Assembly: GCA_028534125.1 (NCBI GenBank)
Contig: CM052817.1
Coordinates: forward strand, 2,606,001-2,670,000
DNA: 64,000 nt
From: Lama glama
Taxonomy: Eukaryota
Direction of reading: 5' to 3'
Each line of letters begins with the position of its first letter. Position 1 is the first letter of the stretch. Made by a program: the position numbers and the translations under genes. This document shows positions 12,809 through 25,345 of the stretch, one piece after another. The notes beneath the pieces are model-generated. The model had not been told where the DNA came from. It saw only the letters and a list, made by a program, of their open reading frames with translations, and made no database searches.

Positions 12809-14109
12809 CTGGGGGAGGAATGGGGGAGCTGGGGGCCAGCTCGGGCCTGCCTGCCGCCCCCACCATGGATGATGCTGTCGGCCCCCAGCTACCTGCCCCA
12901 CGAGGGGCTCTGACCGCTCCTGGCGCCCCCGCCCCCACCCCCCTGTGCGGGTGGGACCCACGGGGGCCAGCCGACGGCTCCCCGGACATTCTGCATTTGG
13001 GTTTGTGATTAAAGTTCTCTAAGATACTTCGTATCGACAGCTAATAACGACAGGTGTGTAAAGCAACACCGTTCCCAAGCTTACTAGGAACAATAGCAAT
13101 GTGTAGTTGGTGTGGAGCTTTTACAGAGGGCAGGACGGGGAGGGAAAGGCACAGGGACAGAACCAGGGCGCGGCTGCCACCGTGACTTCTCAGGTGTTCC
13201 CGCGTCCCGTGGCATCGAGCTGGAATCAGCGGGCAGATGCCGGTTCCTGCTCTGCTGTGTTTACTCAGCATTGATGGAAACGGTTTCCACATCCTGCCAG
13301 TCAGGCAACAAGGCTCTGAAAGAGTCTTCACAGGCCAGTAGGTGATGAGGCCAGTGTTTGCTGTCATTACCAATACGACACCGAGCACGCTTGCGCAGGG
13401 TAGGGGTCGGGGGAGGCGGAGGAGACGGAGAGAAAGACAGAGGGGGAGGGAGGGGAAGAGGGAAGTTTTTTCCCAAATTTAGGAAGTTTCCTTAGGAGAA
13501 ATTCCTGGGCTTCCAGCTCTAAGAAAGGCTGTTTCTCAGCGCAGTCCTCAGGCCAGCTGGCTGTCCTGTCGTCCTGCTCACACAAGTGCCCACGGACCAC
13601 CCTGGTGGCTCCCCCGACCCCCACCCCAGGGACTCTGCGCTAAAAGGCGCAGGTCCCTGCAGGCTGGCCCTGGGAACCACTAATAGTTAAGCTTTTCCCA
13701 AGTGTCTCACTTGCCCCGTGGTTTTGTTTCTGCTCAAAATGGTTTTTGAGGGAGAAGCAAGCAGATGGAACTGGCAATTTGGTGGCGGAATCGCCCAAAA
13801 TAATCTCTCCCCAGCCCGCTCCGCGGGCTTTCCCAGGCCGGACGGGCTCGGCCCCACAGAGGCGGCTGGCTGCTTTCCTCTGTCCAGGGCCCTGCCCCGC
13901 CGCCTCCGCTGCCCCCGCCTCCCGCCTGCTCGTACGCAGACGGCTGTCTGTCGGCCACTGCACCGCACGGGAGCCCCCACCTCACCCCAGGTGCAGCCCC
14001 AGGACCGTCTGGAAGCACCTTCCCCATCTGACACTTGTCTCATTCACCCAGCAAGACACCTGGTTGCCCGACACCGCGGAACCCCGGAGCCCCATAGGCC
14101 CCCACTCAC

Positions 14110-14484
14110 CCCGAAGCTTCTCCAGAGGGTTGTAGCAGCCTTCCTCCTGGCCCGAGAAGTAGTGGTTGCAGTCGAGGAAGTAGGGCCAGGCCATGTCGAT
14201 GGCGTCGAAGGCAGGCTGGCAGGCCTCCCGCAGCCCCTCACAGACATGCCGGCAGGGCCTGCGCACGTGGCCGCCCTCGCACCGGGGGGCCAGCACGGCG
14301 CAGCCCAGCAGACGCAGGTCCGGGTTGCACTGGCCCTCCAGGAGGTGGTGCAGGACGCTCAGCAGGATGTACTCGGAGCTGGACTCCACCGCCTCCCGGG
14401 ACCGGTGGTTCAGCAGCGTGGGGAAGACCGTCCGGTTGTAGGCCGCGTCGCTGCAGGTCCTGAGCTGCAGGTCCACACACATGG
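14110..14484 (-). CDS. CPZ: CPZ exon 3 (Frizzled-like cysteine-rich domain)
   Basis: cag|AMCVDLQLRTCSDAAYNRTVFPTLLNH...CNPDLRLLGCAVLAPRC...PCRHVCEGLREAC...WPYFLDC...CYNPLEKLR|gtgag; 10 Cys CRD pattern; 375 nt. Confidence 0.97.
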
Positions 14485-15439
14485 CTGGGGGGAGGCGGGA
14501 CACCAGGTCACTCCCTCCCCCGCTGGCCCCTGCCTGCTGACATGCGGCAGACACTTACTAAGGCCCTGCTCTGCCCACCCAGACCTCACTCAGGGCCTGC
14601 GGGGACAGGCACCCACCACCTGGCAGGGAAAGGCCAGGACAAGGCCCACTGTGGAGGACGCCAGGGGCTCTGGGAGGACCAGGGATGTCTCCTAATGTCA
14701 CTGGACCCAACCACTCAGCAATAGCGAGCCAGGAAGGCTGATCTGGGTCTCAGCTTCCACATCTGCAAAATGGGCACAGGAAAGCCAGCCTTGCCGAGGC
14801 TCTGCCATATTAGGGCACATCACTGACTTTGTATTGGGGAAATATTTCCCTACTTTAAAAAAAAATCTATTCCCTCCACTCAGAATAAACCAGGTGCCCA
14901 AACCTGGCAGGAGGAGACTTAGAGGAACGTCTGCTTCTGAGCCCCTCTGCTACACCAGATCCACACCCTCTTCAGAGCCATCCCCTGAGATCAGTACCCC
15001 AGTCCTCGCTTTACAGAGGAGGAACCAGGGCCAAAGAGGGAAGGGGCCTGCCCCAGCCGCGGACTCAGCAGGCGCCGTGCACGGGGCTGAGAGCCAGGTA
15101 CTCCCAGGATAAAGGGCCGAGCACAGTGCACACACTTCAAGGTCGGACCCCAGCCCACTGAGAGCCCACCTTAGGGGCGGCTGGGGTCAGGAGGCAGAGA
15201 GGACCCTCTGCAGGAGCCCGGGGCAGACCCAGGGTTGGGAGTCCAGGCTGCACAGAGGGAAGGGCCTCCTTTTCCATTCTGCCTAACTTCCAGTTGTTTA
15301 AGAAAAGACAGATGATTAATGGGCCGTCCTATTAATCATCCCCTGCAGAGCCCTGGATTCCGCCCTCTAAAACACTCTGGTAGGGTGGAGGGGCCGCGTG
15401 GCTCCAGTGAAACAAGCACGGGAAGTCCGTGGAGCGTAC

Positions 15440-15472
15440 CGCTGTCCGCAGCTGACGGCCTGGGGCATCCGC
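15440..15472 (-). CDS. CPZ: CPZ exon 2 (33-nt symmetric microexon)
   Basis: ctttcccttcccag|GCGGATGCCCCAGGCCGTCAGCTGCGGACAGCG|gtacgc encodes GGCPRPSAADS, similar to my recollection of human GECHRPPAADS; phase 1-1. Confidence 0.88.
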
Positions 15473-17884
15473 CTGGGAAGGGAAAGGCAGCCTGTCAGGG
15501 GCACTGAGCCCGGCCTGTCCGTCGTCCCCTGTGTGCACCGTGGGGGCTGCTGCTTCTCGTGGCAGCCACCCACTCGCCGAGTGCCCTCTGGGCCCCCAGC
15601 CCGTGCCTGCCCCTCAAGCAGCATCCGATTCAGCCCTCACAGCCTCCCTCTGAAGTCGACGTGGCCCTTCTCCCTCCTCCCGCAGGTGCGGAGCCCAAGT
15701 CCCAGGGAGGTCATGGGACTCGCCTACGGAGAGACAGCCAAAATGAGAGAGCCCTGAGTCAGGGTGCTGGCCGACCGCTGTGCTGTAAACACTTCCACTG
15801 CGGCCAGTTTCAACCTTCCAGCAATCAGACAACTAGCTGTCACCAAATTCCCAAGTACTTAGCGAGCCGCCTTGGACAGAGCCTGTACTGGGGGCCCCGC
15901 CCCACCACTGACTGACACCACGTTATTTTAAGCTCCCCCCAGAGCCCTGCCGGCACCAGCCCGCTGCCCTCCAGAACAGCCTGCAGTGCAGTGTGAAGAG
16001 GACCAGCACAAACTGTCCTTGGAAGCGTGGGTTTCAAGCGTCCTCCCCGCGGCCCAGACACATGGACCCAACAGTGAGACCCTGGGAAGGCCACTGAAAC
16101 CAATCTTCACTACCGCCACTTGTCAGGTTCCCCGTCAGAGGCTGGTCCCAGTGCTCTGCGAGTGCCAAGAGGGAAAAGCTGGCTCCGAGGGACGGGAGCC
16201 GATGTCGGGCTTAAAGCTTGGCTGGAGCAGGAGTCCGGGAGGAGTGCAGGCGGGGCGGCAGGACAGCGGGAACGAAGAAAGCGGGGGAAGCCCAGGAGGG
16301 GCCAGGGGAGGGGGCTAGGCTGGAAGGCAGGGCCTGTTTAACCCCGCAACCTCACGTAAAACCCAGGCCTGGGCCACAGTCGGGCAAGCGTGGGAGCCAC
16401 TTAGGGATTCGCCCTGTGATCTGGGGGTCGTGGAAACTTGGCTGAGCACACGTGGCAGGGATGCTGGGCTGGCCAGGCAGCCCTTCGCAGGAACCTCTAC
16501 ACGTGATTCCCCCAACGTGGACTAGGAACCACGGATCCCCCACCGTGGACTGGGCAGCTACAGGCCCTGACCCGTCAGACCTGGAAGTTCTTGTGGGATG
16601 GAGACGTTCAAGGCAGCCTCTCACCAGCAGGTGAGCCGAGGATCCCAGGCTGTCCTAACCCACTGAGCCCCTTGGGCAAAGTCACAGGTGAGAATATCAC
16701 TTCCCTAAGGTACCTAGGACACGGGACTCCAGCCCCTAAAGCAGCAGAGAGGGCTGCAGCGGGTCCCCACCTGCGCCCTCCATGCCCCGCGACGCGCGCT
16801 GGGATGAGGCTGGTGGTGAGCGAGCTTGGGGACAGCAGGCGACATGAGACACCTGTTCTCGGCACGAGGCCTGGGAGTTCCCAAGCACATGGCCGACTCC
16901 ATCCCCCGACTCCAAGCCATTATGGTCTAAAGTGTCCCCAGACCTGCGCCCACTGCCCTCTGTGGAATGAGGAGGCCTGAGGGAGAACCAAAATCAGGAG
17001 AAATGAGACACAAACAAGAAACTGACCAGGACTCTGCTTGGAACACCGCGCTGTTACCTGCTTGTCTACACGGATGTCGGGAGAACAGATGAAAGGGCCC
17101 AGCCGGAGCAGGGCCCTGTGGGAGCATCCATGCCCGGCGCTCACACTGAGGATTCACACTCAGCCAACGTGCCATCCGCCACAGCCTGTGCGAGCTGGGA
17201 CCCAGGCAGATGCCATGTTTCAGTCAGCTCAGCACCACCCCCAGACAAACAGCTCCAGGCACAGATGCCAGCCCCCCTCACCTGCAGCCCCCCTGCGGAG
17301 TGTGTGCCTGCCGAGCGCCTGGCCCTGAGCTGAAAGTGGACGAACCTGGAGATTCATTCAGACCCTCAGCAGGTGCTCAGCGAGCAGAGCTCCCTGTGGC
17401 CCTGGGGCCTCTGCCGGCCTTAGGGAAACACTGGGTGAGGAGACAGGGCAGCAGTTACCCCCACACCCGTGCCTTCAGAGCCATCAGATGCCACAGGACT
17501 GGGTGGACCTGAGTGGGTTTGACAGGTGGCGCCCTCCTGGTGTCACGTGGCTTCAAGTCTCCCTAACTTCTAGATGAGAAAGCTGAAGCTCAGAGGTTAA
17601 GTCCCTCTCTGTGCCTCAGGCTCCTCATCTGTAAAATAGGGATAATAATAGTGCCCATGGCTGTTGGAGGGTCCAGTGAGGCAGTGCTGAGGGAAGGGCT
17701 CGGGCCCAGTTAGGGCTCACTGAACAGTAGCTCAGGTGGCACAGGGAGAAGGAGGGACAGCCCACTGGGACGCTCCCACCAGACCTCAGTGCTCAGTGGG
17801 ATGGACAAAGGGTTGGCGCCTGCTGACCTGGTCAGCGCCTGCTGAATCCAAGGTGGCCACGAGGACCAAGACAGAGAGACGGGT

Positions 17885-18315
17885 GGATTTGGGGCTCCCG
17901 TAACAAAGTAGCACAAATTGATACAGAAGACACTGATTGTCTCACAGTTCAGGAAGCCAGAAGCCTGAAATCTAGCTGCCGGCAGGCCACCCCCTGCTGC
18001 AGCATCTGAGGGAGGGGTCTCCTGCCTCCTCCAGCGTCTGGGCTCCCAGCAATCCTTGGCTGTGGCCACATCAGCCCACCCTCTGCCTCCGTCACCCCAT
18101 GTCCTTTCTGCTGTGTCTGTGTCCAAATTTCCATCTTCTTCTAAGGACAACAGTCATTGGATTCAGGGCCTACCCTAAGCCAGGACGACCTCAGCCTAAC
18201 CTGACCACATCAACAAAAGCCTTGTTTCCCAAAAAAGCCCCAGTCCCAGGTACAGGGTAGGGGCAGGGGCTGGGACTTCAACATGTCTTTGGGGGATACC
18301 ACTCAACTCATAACA
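17885..18315 (-). mobile_element. MaLR (MLT1-type) solo LTR
   Basis: Recognisable motifs gtaacaaagtagcacaaa, tctcacagttc..gaagcc.gaaatc, ggacttcaacat and terminal ataaca. Subfamily not determined. Confidence 0.7.
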
Positions 18316-18389
18316 ATAAACAGGCCCTGGTGTGTGCCTTCGGGGTCGGGCTGGAGGTCGGGTCAAGACAGGGATGCGCTGTTCTCGCC

Positions 18390-18685
18390 ACAGTCCAGTA
18401 TGGTAGTCACTAGCCGTGTGGGGCTATTGAGCCCTTGAAATGCTCCGAGTTCGAATCTACATGTGTTTTAAGTGAAAAATACTAATTTCAGACCTGGCAC
18501 TAAAAATAAATTGTAAAATAGTTCATTCGTAATGTTTATATTGATGACAAAAAACTGAAACAATATTTTGGATATACTGGGTTACATAAAATCTGTTATT
18601 CAAGTTAACTTCACCTGCGTCTTACTATCTCTGTCGGGTGGCTTCTGGGAGGTGTCAAGTGGTGTCTGTGGCTGGCATCGTGCTG
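18390..18685. mobile_element. MER33/MER3-like hAT-Charlie DNA transposon fossil
   Basis: gtccagtatggtagtcactagccgtgtgggctattgagcccttgaaatg ... aatattttggatatactgggtta..aaat ... ttcacctg resembles the recalled MER33 consensus. Confidence 0.65.
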
Positions 18686-19468
18686 GTCCTAAGGCTGCTT
18701 TTCAGCAGTTCACACGTGACCCTTACACCTCTTGGCCACAAGGTGTCAGCATGTCTTCAATCAAGAGACCAAGACTGACCCGGGGCTGGACATCTTAAAG
18801 ACCAGGGACAATAACAGATGCAAAAAACCTGAATGAGGTCAGAGAGGTCAGGCCATCTGCCCATATACACAGCAGTGTATATGACTCAGGATTTGAACCC
18901 TGACCCACCTGGCCCCGAGAAGCACGAAAGGTGCCTCAAACCCCAGGCTCTGGGTGAAGATCTGGAAGGAGGAACAGGACAGGCAGGTGAGGAAGGGTTG
19001 GGCCTGCTCTGAGTCCTCAGGCAGTAAGACAGGATGTGGACGTGGCCCTGGACATCGCAGCCTGGCCTCAAGCTGCGCGGCCCCGCCCACGTCAGTCTGT
19101 AGTCTGGAAAAGCCACTGGGCTTCTGTGGACTGACCGCACATGCTCGTCTGCAAGGAGACGGTCCAACGGGAGAAAGGACTTATTCTAGAAGCAGGCACT
19201 GAGGTCACTGTGGAACCGAGGACAGAGAGCCACCCTGCCCATCCCTCCAGGTGGGGAAGGGACAGCCTGCGTCCAAAGAGAGGGTTGCGTTTCTCCCTGG
19301 GAAAAGGGCCAGTGAGGGAGAGCTTCCTGGAGGAGGGGACTGTAATCCTGACAAGCCTATAATTCTAGACATTTCCTGGGGCCTCAGGGGTTCGGGGGGG
19401 GTCTATCCATGACACCATGAGAGGTCTATCTGCATCCCACTGTGCACCTGTGCACATACAGGCACTCA

Positions 19469-19476
19469 TGTGTGTG

Positions 19477-19517
<41 letters not shown>
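19469..19517. repeat. (TG)n(CG)n(CA)n compound microsatellite
   Basis: tgtgtgtgcgcgcg followed by a (CA)~17 run in CPZ intron 1. Confidence 0.95.
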
Positions 19518-19521
<4 letters not shown>

Positions 19522-20279
19522 GTGGCCCAGGCCTTTCTGTAGAAAATGGGGGAGAAAAGATGGGTGGGGTGGGGGTAGGGGGAGCAGAGATGGAGAGAAA
19601 ATTCAATTTGGGTGGAGAGAGAAGAAAAGGAAAAGGTGGACCTTGGCACATTTGAGAGAGGCATTCTGCTCCTGGCAGGTTCACTTGGCTGGTGCCAGCA
19701 CGTTCTCAGGTATCCACAAACCTCTAGCAATTGAGAGACTCCAATTCTGATGCGCCCAGACCCCCGTGCCCGAGGGGACCCCCACCCCCCCAGGGGTACA
19801 GCTGTCTGCTGCTGATAAGGACCCTGAGGGCAGTAGACTAGATGCACCCTCACCTTTAAATGTGAAGGGAAACTGAGATCCAGTGCCAGAAGGGGAAGTG
19901 TGACCAGGCCCAGAGTCCAGGCTCCCCGCTGGCCCCCTGCCCCCGCTCCACACCCTGCACTGTCAGGTGTGACCACATTCCCAGGCACACCGCCCCTGGA
20001 GGGTCCTTGGGTCCTGCCGCTCTGCCCCTCTCCCAGCCCCAGAATCTTCCAAGAGTGCCCACTCTCTGAGCCCCCACACCCCCACCCCCCACAGAGCCCG
20101 AACCCCCTCCCAGGTCCTTTGGGCCCACTTCCGGAGTCGCTGTTGTCCACATCACAGGGTTGAGAAGGAGGCATCAAAAGTTTGCACGGCCCAGAGGCCG
20201 CCCCCTTCCTGGAAGGACCGGGGCCTTGGAGGACCTCTCCTCCTTCAAGGTCCTAGCACCTGCTCCCTCAGATCCCACC

Positions 20280-20990
20280 TGCACGGTGCCCCGGCCGGCC
20301 GTGCCCAGACCAAGAAGAACCCGGGCGCTACGCTGGGTACCTCCGCTGCTCCCAAGTCGCCTGTGCGCTCTGCTGGCGGTGGGTGGGAGGGGTCCCAGCC
20401 CTGATGCGCTCAGAGGGGCGGGTTACCCTCCTGGGCAGACCCCCAGGTCCCAGGGCATAGGGCGCCCACTTGGGGACGTTCTCCAGGGCCATGGGTCACG
20501 AGGGGGAAAGTCCCCGGTTCCGGGGCGCCGCGTTCCAACCCAGGGCGCGGGCTGTCCGGCCTTACCCGCGGGGCCCCCGGTGGGCTCGCACCCCGGCCGG
20601 GCGGCGGCGGCGACCAGCACCGCGAGAAGCAGCAGCGGTGGCGGCGGGGGCAGCATGGTGGGCGGCGGGCAGGGCGGCGGGCGAGTGATGTGGCACTCGG
20701 GCCGGGGCGCAGCGCCGCTCGGGCTCCCGCCCCCCACGAGCGAGCGCGGAGTCGGGTTACAGCGAGGCGCCAGGAACCGCGCAGAGCGCAGAGCGATGCG
20801 GCGGGAGGGACGGGCAGCGCCCAGCCCGCTTCCGGGCCGGTGCTCCGCCCCCAGGGTGAGCGCCCCCCTTGGGGCTCGGCTTCCGCCTCCCACCTGACCT
20901 CTGGATCCTCCGCTGACCCTGCCTACAAACCCTGATTCCTGGACGGGCCGGCTCGGGGGCGAGGCGGGGTCCTCGCCCAGCACTGGACCC
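20280..20990. promoter_or_regulatory. CPZ: CpG island / CPZ promoter with GC boxes
   Basis: Very CpG-dense stretch spanning exon 1; several GGGCGG-type motifs; no TATA box. Confidence 0.85.
20566..20656 (-). CDS. CPZ: CPZ exon 1 (signal peptide)
   Basis: Kozak cccaccATG; MLPPPPPLLLLAVLVAAAARPGCEPTGGPA(G)|gtaag; 91 nt. All 11 exons total 1962 nt = 653 aa plus stop. Confidence 0.94.
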
Positions 20991-23900
20991 AACTGGCTGG
21001 GAGCCAGGCCAAACCCCCCTCAGCTCTGGGCCCAGGTCCCATGAGAGGAGTGAGGGAGTGTCCCCACCTCCCCACCCTGTCCTCCTCCATGGAAGCACCT
21101 GGAGGGTCTCTAGGGGGTGTTTAGGTACCAGAAAGGGCGAGGAGCTCTGTTGCCTTGAGCGACTGCTCACCTTTGAGCCTACACCCCAGGGAGAAGCCCC
21201 CTGCTGCGCTCTCAGAAAGCCTGGAAACCGCTGGTGTCCGTCCACTGACTCAGCACAGACCGTCCGGGGGTTGGCAGGAAAGCTCCCTGGGTGCCTCTTC
21301 CCTTCTCCCCGCACACCAGATGAGAGGCAAAAGCAACCTGGAGGGGCCAGAGAGCCCAGTGCAGAGAGCCCAACGCCACTGTCTGCACCTGGGGGAGTGA
21401 GAGAGCCCCCCCACTTCCCTCCCCTCCCCCATGCCCCACCTGCATCACCTGGAGCCATCTGGGCAGGTGGCCTGAAGGGCCTAGGAGGAGGGAGGCCCAG
21501 GACCCTCAGCCCCAAGGTGAGAGAAAGGTGGACCTTGCTCTCTGCCCAGAGCCCTTCTCTCCTCCCAGGATCAGGACTGCTTTGGTGTTTAGCCAGCGCC
21601 TTTGAAGCTCCCCCTGCCCCAGAGCTGAGCAGGTGCTCACTCTGCCATCCAGATGTGCACACATCTGCCTGCCAGCCACTTCTCACAGTCCCCCAGCTGC
21701 AGTCCAGCCAGCGTGAACACCGGCATGCTCATATCCTGAGCACGGGGGACGATGCGGGCCAGACATGGGGTCCACAGCCCAGCATTGTCACCTGGGCCAG
21801 GCCCCTCCCACACTGGGCTGTTGGCCCAGACGCTCTGTAGAGCCAGGTGCCTTTATGGACTTCCTTCACCAGCTGTGCTGGGCAGCGGGGAGGCCAGATC
21901 CTGGAGCCAGATGCCACTCAGCCCTAAGACTTGGGATGAGCCGCTTAGCCCAGAGGCTGGGTGACAGTGACAGTACCTCCTATGTGGACACCTAGGAAGA
22001 AGGCCTCAATCCATCCCTGGCTCAGAGAAGGAGCCGCTCACTCCAGCCACCGCAGAGCCTCAGAGTCTGGGGCGCTGGTGCTCCACGCAGCCCTCTGTCC
22101 ACCTGGACTGTGGCTTCGTCCTTCCAGAAGCCCCTTGCTCCAGCCCGTCTCCCAGGCACTCCCCTTTGACTTCCCCTCTGAGGTTTCTGCTCACGCTGGG
22201 AGGGTGAGTGCGGGTCCCAGGCTTCCCGAGTGCCAGCTGGTGGTGCACGTTCTCGGGGAGGCCTCTTCCCTTCCCCTCCACCACCGCGGCGTGCCAGCGT
22301 GAGCACAGGCGACCCTCGTGCTGTCCCCTCCTGGGGTGGGCTCCATTCGGAGCCTGTGGCCCTTCGGTTGCCACGTCTGTGCCTCCGACTGCAGCCCACT
22401 TGTTGGGTTAGGTTTTCTTTCTGAGCGGTGCCTAAAATAACGACAGAGCTTTAAATGAGCAGCACTTTTGATCGGGCGGAAAGGTCAGCGTTCACTGCTG
22501 TGTTTAAAGACTCCGGGGGAATTTGGTAATGCCCTCCACGGCCACCCTCCTTTCTCCCCAGTGAAGTTGGAAGAAACAACCTCTTGCACAAAGCTTTTTA
22601 GTCAAGAGAACATGACCCACCAAATTGTCAGGGGCAAGTCACAGGCAAGGGTAACACTTTGCAAGGGCCAAACCCTCCCTATTCACTGCATCCCAGCCAG
22701 TCAAGCCAGTCCACCAAATAATGGGCCAGGAGGGGCGGGGACAGCATGCAGCCAGACCTGCACATTAGGGGCCAGGTGGAGCAGCAGACGCAGCTGGAGT
22801 CTGAGTCTGCAAGAACTCAAATGCCAGGGCCGGCGGACCAGCCCGCGGCAGCTGCTCGTGGAATAAGAATACTAAGCGAGAAGCCACACAGTATCTCAGA
22901 GAGAGCAGAGGCGCTGCCGTCCCCTACCCATCACTTCAACAGTCAAAGGACCCTCGGCCAGACACTGGCTTCAGCCAGGGGCTCTCAATGACTGTGTGGG
23001 GGTGGTTCGGCAGCCGGGAGCCCAAAGAGGGCAGGAAGTCCACTCCGCCGACCTGTAGATGGTTTCCTGTGCGCCCCTCCTTCGGTGCCTGGCTGAAGCA
23101 TCAAGATTTCTGGGAGCCACTCCCATGCTCTTACCCCAGCGGAAACCCCCTCCCATGCTTCCTCTGCGACAGTGCTTGATTCAGTAAACTTAGCATGTTT
23201 AATTCAACCTTGAGGGCTCTCCACCCACAGGCTCAGTATCCCCCTGCTGGGCACTGGAGAGAGGTCCTCACCTCACACAGCCTTTGCTTGGAGTTGCCAA
23301 GGAAGCTGGCAGCCACCCCGTGTGCAGAGACAAGTGGTCTCCACCCCGTGGGTCTCAGGTTCTCCGAGCATCACATAGGAGCCAAGGACCCTCCCGAGAA
23401 GAGCATGTGCTGTGCTGGGTGCTGCTGGTTCGTGCACTGGGAAAGCACGAGGTTTGCAGGGTTGAGCACCCCTCCCCCCGCCCCCACACACGTAGTGCAG
23501 GGTCTCAGCCAGGTGATCCTGGAAGCCCAGCGAGGGATCCACTTTGGGGGTAACAGACAATTGGCTCTGGGCTAATGCAAAGGCAGCATTCACTCCTTTC
23601 CAGAGAAATGAGAGACCCTTTGAATAAGGTGTTCACCAGGTTCTTGGGGACACACCATTTTGCAATACATTTAAGTGCACGTGAATCCTATCTTTAAAAT
23701 TAAAAAAAAAAAAAGACCACAAGTCCAAGGTGAAAGACAGCACAATGAGTGAGCCACATCAGCTGACAGAGAGAATGTTTTAGAATGCCCAGCTCGGATA
23801 CAATGAACAGCACTCCTCGGGAGGGGCCTGAGCACAGTCTTCCAGAAAACTCCGCTGGGGCTTCAGAGAAGGCGACACAGGGGGAGGAACAGCCACCACC

Positions 23901-25227
23901 TCTAGTAAGTGTCATCTCTTTCCCACCGCGGCGTTGCCCACAGGTCAGGATACACACATTTCCTCAAATGGACTGAAGGCTTTACGTGTGGATTTTAACA
24001 CAGTAAAGCTGCGCCTGGGGTAACATGGGGTGCAGCCCAGCTAGTGGGCAGGCTCCTACCACCCAGGAGAAGTTCCCAGGAAGGGAGAAGTTTCCACCTG
24101 CATGTTCACGGCCTGGATCTGGAGTTACAGACAAGCACTGGGGGCACCCGGAGGGCGTGGGGGCTCTAGGCCTGTGAGCATCTCCCCTGCCGCCCACCAT
24201 CCAGGGCTGGAAGGATGGCTTTCACTGAACTCTCTGGGTGGTTTATTTTTTTAACTGCTTCCTGATCACCGATCTATAGTTATTATTTCCCCAAATACTT
24301 TGTTTTATTTGACTCGCACCTTGTAATTTATAAGCACTTAAATATGCACTGCTGAGGGAGGCGCTGGAGAACCAGCAAAAGCAGCCAGCGACACCCAGTT
24401 TGTTGGAAAAGAATTTGTAAGGCCGGCTCTACCAGGCTGTAAGCTGTTACTAACACCTCGAGAGGCCAGAAGAGCTGACTGCCGCGTGTGTCTGGAGGGA
24501 AGGAACTCAGGCCCAGTCTCTCCCCGGACCTGGGTGGGGGCCAATGCTATGGCCTTGCAGGATCCCTGCAGTGAGGCCTTATCTTACGACGTGGCCCCCC
24601 AATCACACCACTCACCCCTCATTCTGCAGGGTGTGGCCTGGGGCCAGGAGGAAGGGGAGAGTGATGAACAGGGTTGATGAGGGAATAATGTCTGTTTATT
24701 CATTCACTCCCCCACTCACACCTCTCTGCGGAGGGCCGACTGCCATGCTGGGCGCCATTCTTTCTTTGAGCTGTGAAACGCGACAGGTGTGCATGCAAGC
24801 CCCGGTCCATTCGGGAACAATGACAGCAGGTGGCCCCCTTGGCCACTAGACTGAAGACAGTGCCACCACTCAGGGGGTGCCACACCCTCCCCGGGCTCCA
24901 GGGCAGAGCAGAGTGGCTGCAGGTGGGGAGGGAGGCCCATGCCCCCCGGCCGCTGCACCCCTGGACACCTGGGCTCTACCTGCTGCTCTTCCTCTCTTAA
25001 CCTTCTCATGATGGGCATCAAGAGGCCCGATGGTGGCTGTGGGAGATGGGAACAGGCTCCACATGCTCTGACATCTTCATCACAAAAGGCTGTGACACAG
25101 GAGTTCTGTACGTCCTTCCGCAGTCGAGATTCTGACCCTTCCTAGTACATGGGCAGAAAAAAGGCAGGCAGGATGCAGGTGCGACCAGTGAGCCAAGACC
25201 TTGAGCATCAAGATGAATGAAAGTGGT

Positions 25228-25345
25228 GGGGGGAGGGTATAGCTCAGTGGTAGAGGGCATGCTTAGCATCACGAGGTCCTGGCTTCAATCCCCAGCACCT
25301 CCATTAAAAAAAAAAACAATTTCCTCCCCCCTCTAAAAAATTAAT
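25228..25345 (+). mobile_element. tRNA-derived SINE (camelid-type)
   Basis: ggggagggtatagctcagtggtagag (A box) ... ggcttcaatccccagcacctcc (B box) followed by an A-rich tail. Confidence 0.85.

Noticed and set aside
13718..14695. 325-aa plus-strand ORF
   Set aside because: Antisense shadow of GC-rich CPZ exon 3 plus intron; no recognisable domain.
20757..21840. Long overlapping ORFs (309 aa minus, 260 aa plus) upstream of CPZ
   Set aside because: Low-complexity Pro/Gly/Arg-rich translations expected by chance in GC-rich, stop-poor DNA.
25228..25305. Possible tRNA gene
   Set aside because: It has A/B boxes but also an A-rich tail and a second degenerate TSD-flanked copy, so it is a SINE.
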